NCBI GenBank assembly: GCA_963707345.1
Contig: CAVPPE010000003.1
Coordinates: 318,352-382,351 of the forward strand
DNA from: an uncultured Chloroflexia bacterium
GTDB lineage: Bacteria > Chloroflexota > Anaerolineae > Promineifilales > UBA4811
Direction of reading: 5' to 3'
Length of the DNA stretch: 64,000 nt
Shown: positions 1 through 9,202 of the stretch, piece by piece
How the letters are laid out: the number at the start of each line of letters is the position of its first letter
How positions within the stretch are numbered: the first letter of the stretch is position 1
The notes under the pieces: model-generated
Databases searched by the model: none
What the model was told of the DNA's origin: nothing
What the model saw: only the letters and a program-made list of their open reading frames with translations
Position numbers and translations under genes: made by a program

Positions 1-975
1 ACGAGCACGCTGCCGGCCTTTAACAGTTTGTGGGTGATCAATACCACCCGCTTCAGTGGGCCGGCCCTCCCGGTAGCGTTGGGGCTGGAAAACATCCTGT
101 GGGCGGATTGGTCGCCCGATGGCGGGCAGATTGCCTATTCCACCGCCGTGCCCATCCCGCAACCTCCTGGCTGGGAGGCCAATAACGATATCTGGCTGGG
201 ACGCTGGGATGAACGCGGCCGGTTTGAGACCGAAGAGCTGCTGGAACCTTCCAGCGGGGGGGTCTACGGCTGGTGGGGGGCTGAGTATGCCTGGTCGCCC
301 AACGGCCGCTACCTGGCTTACGGGCAGGCGGACGAGGTGGGGTACATCGATGTGATTACCGGCCGGCGGGTCCCCCTGGCCGAGTTTAGCGTCTATCACA
401 CCTATGGCGAGTGGGTCTGGACCCCCATCCTCACCTGGTCGCCCGACAGTCGGTTTGTGGCAGCCGTGGTGCATGGCCCGCCCATCGGCCCGGAAGCGCC
501 TGAGGATAGCCGCGCCTTTGACCTCTGGGTGTGGGATGTGGACGGCTGGGCGGCCGCGTCGTTTGTCCCCCGCGTTGGCATGTGGGGGATGCCCGCCTGG
601 TCGCCCGCCGGTGCGCTGGACGATGAGAGCGCCAGCCAGATTGCATTCCTACGCGCGGCCGACCCACTGGAAAGCGCTACCTCCCGTTACACCCTCTGGC
701 TGATGGACCGGGATGGCAGTGACGCGGTGCAGCTTTACCCGCCGGAAGGGGAGATAGGCCTGCGGCCGCAGCCCGTTGCCTGGTCCCCGCTGGTGGACCA
801 GGTCGCGCTGGTCAGCCAGGGCGACCTCTTTCTCGTCAGTACGGCCGGCGGCGCGCTGGGGGTCCGGCCGCTGACCGGCGACGGCATCAACAGCAACCCG
901 GTCTGGGCGCCATGGGGGCTGGCGCTGGTGGATTTTGAGCCAGTGATTGACACCACAGACATTCCGGCCGAATGA
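1..975 (+). CDS. PD40/TolB-like beta-propeller repeat protein, C-terminal part (5' end lies outside the window)
   Basis: The frame is open from nt 1, upstream of track ORF 28..975. W-S-P-(D/N)-G type blade motifs recur (WSPDGGQIAY, WSPNGRYLAY, WSPDSRFVA, WSPAG, WSPLVDQVA). The stop overlaps the next start (ATGA at 972-975). Confidence 0.6.
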   Translation, partial: TSTLPAFNSLWVINTTRFSGPALPVALGLENILWADWSPDGGQIAYSTAVPIPQPPGWEANNDIWLGRWDERGRFETEELLEPSSGGVYGWWGAEYAWSPNGRYLAYGQADEVGYIDVITGRRVPLAEFSVYHTYGEWVWTPILTWSPDSRFVAAVVHGPPIGPEAPEDSRAFDLWVWDVDGWAAASFVPRVGMWGMPAWSPAGALDDESASQIAFLRAADPLESATSRYTLWLMDRDGSDAVQLYPPEGEIGLRPQPVAWSPLVDQVALVSQGDLFLVSTAGGALGVRPLTGDGINSNPVWAPWGLALVDFEPVIDTTDIPAE

Positions 976-3900
976 CCGCTCAACGTGCTCGTGCCCTGTC
1001 ACTGTCGCTGGGGGCGCTCTGCCTGCTGGCGCTGCTCTCGTTGGGCGGGCTCCTGGCCCGGCAGCGCTTCCTCACCCGCGGGCTGCCCCGCGAATTACCC
1101 GGTCCCAATCCGCATGCGGCCGTCTCCCCCTACGGCATCAACGTCGCCATGCTGGACTGGGCTGATGCCGAGCGCGACACAGCCCTGGACCGGATTGCAG
1201 CGGCCGGCTTTCGCTGGCTCAAGCAACCGGTTTATTGGGGCCATGAGGCCGGCTTTGACCGCTTGCTGGCGGCCGCGGTGGAGCGGGGCCTGCGTGTGGT
1301 CCCGCTGCTGGACGGCGACCCGGCTGCCAACTATGCGCCTCCGGCCGACCCAGCCGAGTTTGCCGCCTGGGCAGGCTCATTTGCGGCGCGATTTGGAGAC
1401 CAACTCACCTATTACCAGATCTGGGACGAGCCAAACCTGGGCATTCATTGGGGCGGGCTGGAGGTGAATCCGGCCGGCTACGCCGCGTTGCTGGCGGCCG
1501 CCCATGATGCCATCACGGCGGCCGACCCCGATGCTGTAATTGTGGCGGCCGCGCTGGCCCCCACGGTGGAGACCGGGCCGGCTAACCTGAGCGACGTCGA
1601 TTATCTGACCGCGCTCTACGAGTTGGGAGCGGATGCCTACTTTGAGGTGGCGGGCGGCAAGCCGTACGGCTTTGACACCGGCCCGGCCGACCGGCGGGTG
1701 GAGCGGGACACATTCAACTTATCCCGGCTGATCCTGCTGCGGGAGGTGATGGAGCGCTTTGGCGATGATGGCTCGGCGCTCTGGGCGGGGAATTTTGGCT
1801 GGAACGCGCTGCCGGCCGGCTGGGCTGGCCAGCCCAGCATCTGGGGGCAGACCGACCCGGCCACTCAGGCGGAATTCACCCGCGCTGCCTTCCAGCGGGC
1901 AATCGACGAGTGGCCGTGGGCCGGGGTGCTCTTTTTGGAGAGCTATGCGCCGGCCGCCGGCCGGCTCGATGACCCGCGCTGGGGCTTTGCGCTGGTGAAC
2001 GCGGACCTCTCCCCCCGCTCTTCACTGCTGGCCGGCCGTTTTGTCGATCCGATCCCCAATTTCCAGCAGACTGACCCGGCCGTGCAGGCGTACACAGGCG
2101 GCTGGCACTTTGGCCCGGCCGGGGCGGACATCAGCCAGAGCGGCGACCGGGTGCAACTCGAATTTGAGGGGACCGATTTTGGCGTCCGGGTGCGGCGCGG
2201 CGACTATCGCGCCTATTTTTACGTCACCGTGGACGGGGAGCCGGCCAATGCACTACCCCAGGATGACCTGGGTGCTTACCTCAATCTCACCTCCCCGGAC
2301 CGGACTGCACACGACGTGGTGACAGTGCCGGTGGCGCGCCATCTGGCCCCCGGCCGCCACACGGCCGAACTGGTGGCGGAGCGCGGCTGGGATCAGTGGG
2401 CGCTGGTCGGCCTTAGTGCGGCCAACCTGCCGGATCAGCGGCTTTCCCTTGGGCTGGTGGCGCTGTTGGGCTCGCTGGCGCTGGCGTCGGCGGCCGGGGC
2501 GATCTGGAGCGGCCAGCGGGCGGGGTGGGGAAGATGGGTTGCCTCACTGCGCCGTGCCCATGAGCGGCTGGGCAGAATTGGGCAACTGGCGCTGACGGCG
2601 GCCGTGGGGGTCATTTTCGCGCTTTCCGGCTGGCTGGCGTGGCTGGGCGGGCCGTTCCGCCGCCTGGGCGACGGGCCGCAGACTTTGCTGTTGGCGGCCG
2701 CGGCCGGGCTGTTTTGCATCTCTCCCTGGCTGCTGCTGAACGTTGCCAGCGGGCTGGCGCTCTTTTTACTGGTGCTCTGGCGGCTGGACCTAGGCCTGGC
2801 GCTGATTGCCGTCAGCGCGCCATTTTACGTCTACCCCAAGCCGGTGCTGGGCTACCGCTTTTCGCCGGTGGAGATGTTTGTGCTCATTGCCGTGGCTGCC
2901 TGGGCGTTGCATCAGGTCTGGCAGGCCAGGTCGCGGGCGCAGGACGGAGCCTTGCCTGTCAGCCTGCGCACTGCTGTGCGCCTCTCTTCGCTCGACAGGT
3001 CGATCGGCTTTTTTGCCCTCATCGCCACCCTCTCGCTGCTCTTTACCCGGCGGCTGGATGTGGCGACCAACGAGTGGCGCATGGTTGTCATCGAGCCGGT
3101 GCTGTTTTACCTGCTGCTGCGCACCAGCCAACTGGACAAGCGCGCCATCTGGCGGGTGGTGGACGCCTTTGTGTTGAGCGGTCTGCTGGTGGCCCTGCTG
3201 GGTCTGGTCTGGTACGCGGCCGGCAGCCACGTCATCACGGCCGAAGGGGGGCTGCCCCGGCTGCGCAGCATCTATGGCTCGCCCAATAACGTGGGACTCT
3301 ACTTAGGCCGGGTGATCCCGCTGCTGCTGGCGGTGGCGCTCACCGGCCGTGGGTGGCGGCGCAGGCTGTATGGGCTGGCGCTGCTGCCTGTGCTGGCGGC
3401 CGTCGCGTTGAGCTTTTCCAAAGGAGCTATTCTGCTTGGGCTGCCGGTGGGGATGGGGCTGGTGTTAACCTGGGTGGCGGTGCGTCGCTGGGGCGGCCGG
3501 CGGGCGGGCATGACGTTGGCCGTGCTGGTGATCCTGGCCCTGCTGGGTCTGCTGATCGCGTCGCGGGTGCCGGCGCTCGCCGGCCGGCTCTCGCTGGACA
3601 GCGCCACCACCGATTTTCGCGTCAGCCTGTGGAAGGCAAGCGCAGAAATGATCCGCGACCATCCCTGGACCGGCGTGGGGCTGGATAATTTCCTCTACGC
3701 GTATCGCGGCCGCTACCTGCGGCCGGAGGCCTGGCAGGAGCCGGACCTGAGCCATCCCCACAACCTGGTGCTGGACTTTTGGGCGCGATTGGGAATTCTG
3801 GGGCTGGCGGCGCTGGTCTGGATGCAGGCCGCTTTTTGGCGGCCGGCCGTCCGCCTGGCGCGGCGGGGTGATGGCTGGTTCCCGCTGGCGCTGGGCCTGC

Positions 3901-4025
3901 TGGGGCTGATGGCCGCCACGCTGGCCCACGGGCTGGTGGATCAGAGCTATTTCCTGATTGACCTGGCTTTTGCCTGGATGCTGACGGCCGGGCTGGCGGC
4001 GCCACTCGCCGGCCGTCAGGGCTGA
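972..4025 (+). CDS. Large membrane protein: glycosidase-like (clan GH-A style) ectodomain fused to an O-antigen ligase/polymerase (Wzy_C-like) multi-TM domain
   Basis: 1017-aa ORF with an N-terminal TM helix (LSLGALCLLALLSLGGLL). A TIM-barrel-glycosidase-like part carries YYQIWDEPN (NEP-type acid/base motif). At least 10 hydrophobic helices follow, including the Wzy_C-type loop EAWQEPDLSHPHNLVLDFWARLGILG. Confidence 0.6.
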   Translation: MTAQRARALSLSLGALCLLALLSLGGLLARQRFLTRGLPRELPGPNPHAAVSPYGINVAMLDWADAERDTALDRIAAAGFRWLKQPVYWGHEAGFDRLLAAAVERGLRVVPLLDGDPAANYAPPADPAEFAAWAGSFAARFGDQLTYYQIWDEPNLGIHWGGLEVNPAGYAALLAAAHDAITAADPDAVIVAAALAPTVETGPANLSDVDYLTALYELGADAYFEVAGGKPYGFDTGPADRRVERDTFNLSRLILLREVMERFGDDGSALWAGNFGWNALPAGWAGQPSIWGQTDPATQAEFTRAAFQRAIDEWPWAGVLFLESYAPAAGRLDDPRWGFALVNADLSPRSSLLAGRFVDPIPNFQQTDPAVQAYTGGWHFGPAGADISQSGDRVQLEFEGTDFGVRVRRGDYRAYFYVTVDGEPANALPQDDLGAYLNLTSPDRTAHDVVTVPVARHLAPGRHTAELVAERGWDQWALVGLSAANLPDQRLSLGLVALLGSLALASAAGAIWSGQRAGWGRWVASLRRAHERLGRIGQLALTAAVGVIFALSGWLAWLGGPFRRLGDGPQTLLLAAAAGLFCISPWLLLNVASGLALFLLVLWRLDLGLALIAVSAPFYVYPKPVLGYRFSPVEMFVLIAVAAWALHQVWQARSRAQDGALPVSLRTAVRLSSLDRSIGFFALIATLSLLFTRRLDVATNEWRMVVIEPVLFYLLLRTSQLDKRAIWRVVDAFVLSGLLVALLGLVWYAAGSHVITAEGGLPRLRSIYGSPNNVGLYLGRVIPLLLAVALTGRGWRRRLYGLALLPVLAAVALSFSKGAILLGLPVGMGLVLTWVAVRRWGGRRAGMTLAVLVILALLGLLIASRVPALAGRLSLDSATTDFRVSLWKASAEMIRDHPWTGVGLDNFLYAYRGRYLRPEAWQEPDLSHPHNLVLDFWARLGILGLAALVWMQAAFWRPAVRLARRGDGWFPLALGLLGLMAATLAHGLVDQSYFLIDLAFAWMLTAGLAAPLAGRQG

Positions 4026-5281
4026 AACTGGGCGTCGGCCGGCATGCCGGGTTTAAGCCGGCCGGCGGCGTTGTCCAGCGTGATTTTGACGGCAAAGACC
4101 ATGTGCACCCGTTCTTCCTGGGTCTGCACGTTGCGCGGGGTAAACTCGGCCTGGGAGGCAATCTGCGTCACCCGGCCGGCAAAAACCTCATCGTAGGCAT
4201 CCACCGTCACTGCCACCGCCTGGCCCAGTGCCACCCGTCCCAGCTCTGCTTCCGGCACGTACACCGTCAGCGTCAACTGGCTCAGATCGGCCAGCGCCAG
4301 CAGCGGACTGCCCGGCAAGCCGAGTTCGCCCGCGTGGACCAGCCGCTGGACCACCACGCCGTCGCGAGGGGCGGTGAGGGTGACACGGTCCAATTGGATG
4401 GCGCTGGCTTGCAGCGCGGATTGCGCCCCCGCCACGGCCGCTTGGGTCTGCCGCACGTTGGCCTCCAGTAGCGCCAGCTCTTCCGGCCGCGCTCCCGCCT
4501 CTGCTATCGCCCGGCCGAGTTCTGCCTGTTGCAGTTGCGCCTCGGCCGCAGCGACTCCTGCCTCGGCGCCGTCCAGGCCGGCCGCGGCCACGGAGACCAA
4601 TGCGGCCGCTGCCTCTACCCCGGTCTGCGCCATCTCCACGTTGGCTTCTGCCATCTCGACGGCTGCGGCAACGCCGGCCACCTCGGCCGTTTCCAATTGC
4701 GCCTCAGCTGCAGCCAGTTGCGCTTCCGCGGCTTGCAGTTGGGCGCGGGCGGCCGCTAGTTGCCCGGCGGCTGCATCGCGTTGCGCCGCTGCTGCCCGCA
4801 GCCCGGCTTCCGCGGCCGCCACGCTGCTGGCGGCCAGGGCCAGTTCCTCCGGCCGGGCGCCAGACTGAGCCAGTGCCAGTTGCGCCCGCGTTCCGTCCAG
4901 TGCAGCCTGCGCCTGCGCCACGGCCGCCCTGGCAGCCTGGTGTTGCGCTTGCATCGCGGCCGAATCCAGTTTGAGCAGCACGTCCCCGGCCGCCACCCTG
5001 TCCCCCTCGTCCACCAAGACCTCTACTACCCGGCCGCCCAGTTCGCTGGCGATCATGATCTGTTCAACCTCAATGGTGCCGGAGGCAAACAGATTGTCTG
5101 ACCCGCGGGCCGGCCGGTCCCGTTTGACCGGTTCGGGGGCGCTGGCTGGCGTGTCTCCTTCCATTTCTGCTACAAAGTCATCCCAGGCGGCCGGGTTGGC
5201 GCGGAAATAAAGCCAGCCGGCGAGCGCCGCGGCCGCGATCAGCCCGATGGCAATGGTCATGATGGCGATGGGTCGTTTCAT
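4016..5281 (-). CDS. HlyD-family periplasmic adaptor (membrane fusion protein) with an unusually long Ala-rich coiled coil
   Basis: N-terminal anchor helix (IAIMTIAIGLIAAAALAGWLYF) and a lipoyl-like motif (ASGTIEVEQIMIASELGGRVVEVLVDEGDRVAAGDVLLKLD). About 200 aa of A/Q/E-rich heptad-like sequence, then a C-terminal beta-barrel part (LKPGMPADAQF). It is the last gene of the exporter operon. Confidence 0.8.
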   Translation of the reverse strand: MKRPIAIMTIAIGLIAAAALAGWLYFRANPAAWDDFVAEMEGDTPASAPEPVKRDRPARGSDNLFASGTIEVEQIMIASELGGRVVEVLVDEGDRVAAGDVLLKLDSAAMQAQHQAARAAVAQAQAALDGTRAQLALAQSGARPEELALAASSVAAAEAGLRAAAAQRDAAAGQLAAARAQLQAAEAQLAAAEAQLETAEVAGVAAAVEMAEANVEMAQTGVEAAAALVSVAAAGLDGAEAGVAAAEAQLQQAELGRAIAEAGARPEELALLEANVRQTQAAVAGAQSALQASAIQLDRVTLTAPRDGVVVQRLVHAGELGLPGSPLLALADLSQLTLTVYVPEAELGRVALGQAVAVTVDAYDEVFAGRVTQIASQAEFTPRNVQTQEERVHMVFAVKITLDNAAGRLKPGMPADAQFQP

Positions 5282-5304
5282 CGGTCAATCTCCTGTTTGT
5301 TGGA

Positions 5305-6252
5305 TTATACCTGGTTGTGTTCCCGCGCGCTGGCGATGAACACATCCTCCAGCGATGGCGGGATGATCTGCAGGTTGCGGATGGCGACGCCGGCCGCTTG
5401 TAGCGCCCGCTCAATGGCAGGTCCGTGTTGTTCTACTCCGTCGGCTACAACGTGGATCAGCGCGCCATACAGCGCTACCTCGTCAAAGTGGGGCAGGTCG
5501 CGCAGTGCACCCACCGCGACGGCCGGATTGCTACAGTCCAGTTCCAGCACCTGGCCGCGCATCTTGTCCGTTTTGATGGCCTCCGGCGACCCCAGCGCTA
5601 CCAGCCGGCCGTTTTGGATAAAGCCCAGCCGGTGGCAATGTTCGGCCTCGTCCATGTAGTGGGTGGTGACAAAGATGGTGTGCCCCTCGTCGGACAGTCG
5701 GTAAAGCAGATCCCAAAACTCGCGCCGGGAGATGGGGTCCACCCCGGCCGTGGGCTCGTCCAAAAAAAGGATCTCCGGCCGGTGCAGGATTGCGCAACCC
5801 AATGCCAGCCGCTGCCGCCAGCCGCCGGCCAGGTTTTCGGTCAATTCGCGTTCCCGGCCGAGCAGTCCGGCCATTTCCAATATGGCCTGTTTTCGCTCCT
5901 GCAACCGGCGGCCGCGCACGCCGTACGTGCCACCAAAAAAGTTCAGGTTCTCGGCCACCGTCAGGTCGTCGTACAGGCTAAATCGCTGCGACAGGTACCC
6001 GATCCGCCGCCGAATCTCGGCCGTCTGGCGCACCACGTCCAAACCCAGCACGGTGGCGCTCCCGGCCGAAGGGGCCAGCAACCCCAGCAGCATGCGGATG
6101 GTGGTGGTTTTGCCGGCCCCATTGGGGCCCAGAAAGCCAAAAATCTCGCCGCGGCCGACGGCAAAGCTGACTCCATCGACGGCCGTGAACCCGTCGAACC
6201 GCTTGGTCAACTCCACGGTCTGAATAGCATGGCTGTTTGCCCTGGTTTCCAT
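5305..6252 (-). CDS. ABC transporter ATP-binding protein (ABC-2/DrrA-like)
   Basis: Walker A GPNGAGKTT, signature-like LAGGWRQRL, Walker B ILFLDEPTAGVD, H-loop TTHYMDEAE. Confidence 0.9.
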   Translation of the reverse strand: METRANSHAIQTVELTKRFDGFTAVDGVSFAVGRGEIFGFLGPNGAGKTTTIRMLLGLLAPSAGSATVLGLDVVRQTAEIRRRIGYLSQRFSLYDDLTVAENLNFFGGTYGVRGRRLQERKQAILEMAGLLGRERELTENLAGGWRQRLALGCAILHRPEILFLDEPTAGVDPISRREFWDLLYRLSDEGHTIFVTTHYMDEAEHCHRLGFIQNGRLVALGSPEAIKTDKMRGQVLELDCSNPAVAVGALRDLPHFDEVALYGALIHVVADGVEQHGPAIERALQAAGVAIRNLQIIPPSLEDVFIASAREHNQV

Positions 6253-6267
6253 CGGCGCTCTTCCGAT

Positions 6268-7389
6268 CTACTCTAGCCGTTTGCGGCGCAGCAAAATCAC
6301 CGTGCCAGCATAAATAACCGCACCCAACCCGGCAATCGCCAGCAACTCGCGCCAAAAGACCTGGATGCCGGCTCCCTTGAGCAGGATGCTGCGAAAGACG
6401 ATCAGCCAGTGTTTGAGCGGAAAGAGGTTGGCAATGGCTTGCATCAGCGGCGGCATGGTGTCCACCGGAAAGGCATAGCCGGAAAAGATGACCATCACCA
6501 TCACCACCGCAAAGGCGATCAGCAGGGCCTGCATCTGGCTGCGGGCCACGGCCGAGATCATCAGCCCCCAACCCAACTCCACCAGCATGTAAAAGAGGGC
6601 CACGGCCATCAGCAGGGGCAGCGAGCCGCGCATCGGCACGCCAAACAGCCAGACGACGGCCGCCAGCATTAGCAGAAATTCGGTGTAGCCCAGCGCTACT
6701 GCCAGCACGGATTTGCCCACCACCAGCTCGAATGAGCGCAGCGGGGTGACCAGTAGTTGCTCCAGCGTGCCCAGTTCGCGCTCGCGGGCGATGGTCATGC
6801 TGGCGATCATGGCAGCGATGGCGGCGGCGATGAACCCCAGTTCGGAGGGGATCATATAGTTGGACTCTTTCATCTCCTCGTTGAACCAGACCCGCAGGCT
6901 GACTTCCAGCGGCAGCGCGATGCCGGCCGGCATGACCTGGACCATCATCTGTTGGCCATAGCTGGTCACCAATCCCTCCGCTACCTCGGCCGCAGTCTGT
7001 GCTGCCAGCACGTCCGCCCCGTCCACCACCAGTTGCAGGGCGGCCGGCCCGCCGGCCGGGTGCTGCAACTGGGCTTCAAAGCCGGCCGGTATGACCCACG
7101 CTGCCAGCGCGCGGCCGCTGTCGACCTCCACCGCAATCTGGTCCAACGAGTTGACGAAATAAGGGTCAAACGTCTCCGCGTTGGCCATGGCGGTAATCAG
7201 CCCGCGGCTGGCCTGGCTGTGGTCCAAATCGAGCACGGCCGTGGGTAGGTGATCGACCCCCTGCGAGGTAGACCAGGCCACCATCAGCAGTTCTGCCAGC
7301 GGTCCCAGCAGCACAAAGGGGCCCAGCAGCCGGTCGCGGGCAAGCTGGATGAACTCTTTGACAATCAGGTTCCAGATACGGTGGAGCAT
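6268..7389 (-). CDS. ABC-2 type transporter permease (YbhS/YbhR-like)
   Basis: 373 aa. One N-terminal TM, a large extracytoplasmic loop, then 5 C-terminal hydrophobic helices. It lies adjacent to a paralogous permease and ATPase genes. Confidence 0.85.
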   Translation of the reverse strand: MLHRIWNLIVKEFIQLARDRLLGPFVLLGPLAELLMVAWSTSQGVDHLPTAVLDLDHSQASRGLITAMANAETFDPYFVNSLDQIAVEVDSGRALAAWVIPAGFEAQLQHPAGGPAALQLVVDGADVLAAQTAAEVAEGLVTSYGQQMMVQVMPAGIALPLEVSLRVWFNEEMKESNYMIPSELGFIAAAIAAMIASMTIARERELGTLEQLLVTPLRSFELVVGKSVLAVALGYTEFLLMLAAVVWLFGVPMRGSLPLLMAVALFYMLVELGWGLMISAVARSQMQALLIAFAVVMVMVIFSGYAFPVDTMPPLMQAIANLFPLKHWLIVFRSILLKGAGIQVFWRELLAIAGLGAVIYAGTVILLRRKRLE

Positions 7390-7390
7390 G

Positions 7391-8551
7391 TCAAAGTTTC
7401 TTTTTGAACATCAGCACCGAGAGCGCCAGAAAGAGCACCCCGATGCCGGCCAGTGCGACTACGTAACCCTGCAGGTCGCCCACGCCTACCCCTTTGACAA
7501 ACAGCCCGCGGCTGATGATGACAAAGTGGGTGGTCGGGAACATGAACGCTTCCAGCTTGATAACCGGGCCCATCAGCGCGAAAGGGATGAGCAAGCCGGA
7601 CATGAAAAAGCCGGAGAAGAGAAAGATGATCATGGAGGCGATGATGGCGACCTGCTGGCTGCTGGCAAAGATGGAGATGAACAGCGAGATGCTCATGGTG
7701 GCAAAGAGAAAGAGGACCGAGAGTGCCAGGTAGGCCGCCAGATTGCCCTGAAAGGGAACGCCGTAACCGTAGATGGCGGTGGCGATACACAGCGGCACGC
7801 TGAGCAGCCCGGCCAGGATGTAGGGCACCAGCTTGCCCAAAATCAACTCCAGCCGGCCGATGGGGGTGGCGATGAGCCCTTCCAGCGTGCCCCATTCGCG
7901 CTCTCGCGCCACAGCCAGCGAGGCCGCCATGGCCGGCACGCTGAGCACCACGCCCACCAGCGCCGGGATCATGGAAACGGTGTAGCGGAGGGTAGGGTTG
8001 TACCAGGCCCGCAACTGCAAATCGATGGGTTGAAGCTGCTCCAGGGGAATCCCGCTTTGTGCCAGCCGGCCGCCCAGTTGCCGGGCGGCGAACTGTTCTG
8101 TGTGCGCGCCGATGTGGGTGATGGCGTGCCCGGCCGTGTTGGGGTCGGTGCCGTCCACGATGACTTGCAGGCCGGCCGTGCGGCCGGCCTGCAGGTCGCG
8201 CTCAAAGTTGTGTGGGATAATGATCACCGCTTTCACCCGGCCGGCCAGCATCAAGTGCTCTACTTCCGCCAGGTTAGCCGGCCGGGCTTCCAGCCGCAGC
8301 GCGTTGCTGCTGCCCAATTGCGACAGGTACTCTCGCGATAGCGGGCTGAGGTCCTGATCCAGCACGCCAATGCCGACATTTTTGATGTCCACTGAAAAGG
8401 CGTAACCCATGGTCACCAGCACCAACACCGGGGAGAGCATCAGTAGGACGAAGGATGCCCGATCCCGCGTGATATGCCACCATTCTTTGCGGACGATGGA
8501 GAGGGTCCGTCGCCAGTTCATCCCGCGTTGGCCTTTTTCATCGCCTCGCAA
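7391..8551 (-). CDS. ABC-2 type transporter permease (paralogue of 6268..7389)
   Basis: Same architecture as its neighbour (KEWWHITRD..., large loop, 5 C-terminal helices). The stop abuts the next start. Start is uncertain: TTG at 8551 or ATG at 8521. Confidence 0.85.
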   Translation of the reverse strand: MRGDEKGQRGMNWRRTLSIVRKEWWHITRDRASFVLLMLSPVLVLVTMGYAFSVDIKNVGIGVLDQDLSPLSREYLSQLGSSNALRLEARPANLAEVEHLMLAGRVKAVIIIPHNFERDLQAGRTAGLQVIVDGTDPNTAGHAITHIGAHTEQFAARQLGGRLAQSGIPLEQLQPIDLQLRAWYNPTLRYTVSMIPALVGVVLSVPAMAASLAVAREREWGTLEGLIATPIGRLELILGKLVPYILAGLLSVPLCIATAIYGYGVPFQGNLAAYLALSVLFLFATMSISLFISIFASSQQVAIIASMIIFLFSGFFMSGLLIPFALMGPVIKLEAFMFPTTHFVIISRGLFVKGVGVGDLQGYVVALAGIGVLFLALSVLMFKKKL

Positions 8552-8557
8552 AGGCGT

Positions 8558-9172
8558 TTAAGGGTGTTGCAGTTGTCCATTATTGCCGTTTTCCCTTTTC
8601 ACGCGGGCTTGCTCGGGCACGGGCGCTGGCTCGCCGGCCGCCGGCCGGTGATTGTCCAGGTTGTGCATCCCATTCAGGAATTGCGGGATGGTGGTTTGTG
8701 GAAAGCGGGGCCAGGTGACAATGATTACCAGGGCGACGTAGCCCAGCATAGCCAGACCGTAGGGGCGCGCCTCGCGCAATGCCACCAGGATCATGCCGGC
8801 GTAGGGTGGGGTCTGAGCAGCCCAGGCCAGGTGAAGCGAGCGAAAGTGCCACAGCAGCGCGGCGCAGCCGGCCGCGTAAGCGATGGCGACCTGCGGGGTC
8901 ATGTAACCGGACAGGGTGAGGAAGGCCAGCACGCCCACGCTCACCGTGATGTCGGTTTCCAGGTCCCGGTCGCCGATCCAGGTGTGCCGGCCGGTGGGGT
9001 CGCGGCGCGCCAGCGGGCCATCCAGCACGTCGGTCAACCAGGCCATCAGCAGCAGCACCACGGCGGTGGGCAGTGCCTCCGCGCCCTCGGTGATGCCCAG
9101 CCACAGGATGACCCAGGCCAGGCCAAAACGCGCCGCCGTCAACAGGTCAGCAATCGTTTTTGGTGTTACCAT
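8558..9172 (-). CDS. CDP-alcohol phosphatidyltransferase family protein (divergent)
   Basis: 204-aa polytopic membrane protein with DVLDGPLARRDPTGRHTWIGDRDLETD. This resembles D-G-x2-A-R...G-x2/3-D-x3-D, but the spacing deviates from the canonical motif. Confidence 0.65.
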   Translation of the reverse strand: MVTPKTIADLLTAARFGLAWVILWLGITEGAEALPTAVVLLLMAWLTDVLDGPLARRDPTGRHTWIGDRDLETDITVSVGVLAFLTLSGYMTPQVAIAYAAGCAALLWHFRSLHLAWAAQTPPYAGMILVALREARPYGLAMLGYVALVIIVTWPRFPQTTIPQFLNGMHNLDNHRPAAGEPAPVPEQARVKRENGNNGQLQHP

Positions 9173-9202
9173 CTTTCACCTCCATCCGACTACCTGTCTA
9201 AT

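Noticed and set aside
4400-4900. Ala-rich repetitive region of the HlyD gene as a possible DNA tandem repeat
   Set aside because: There is only heptad-like amino-acid periodicity (AEAQLAAAEAQL...) and no exact nucleotide repeat unit. This is consistent with an extended coiled-coil hairpin of a membrane fusion protein.
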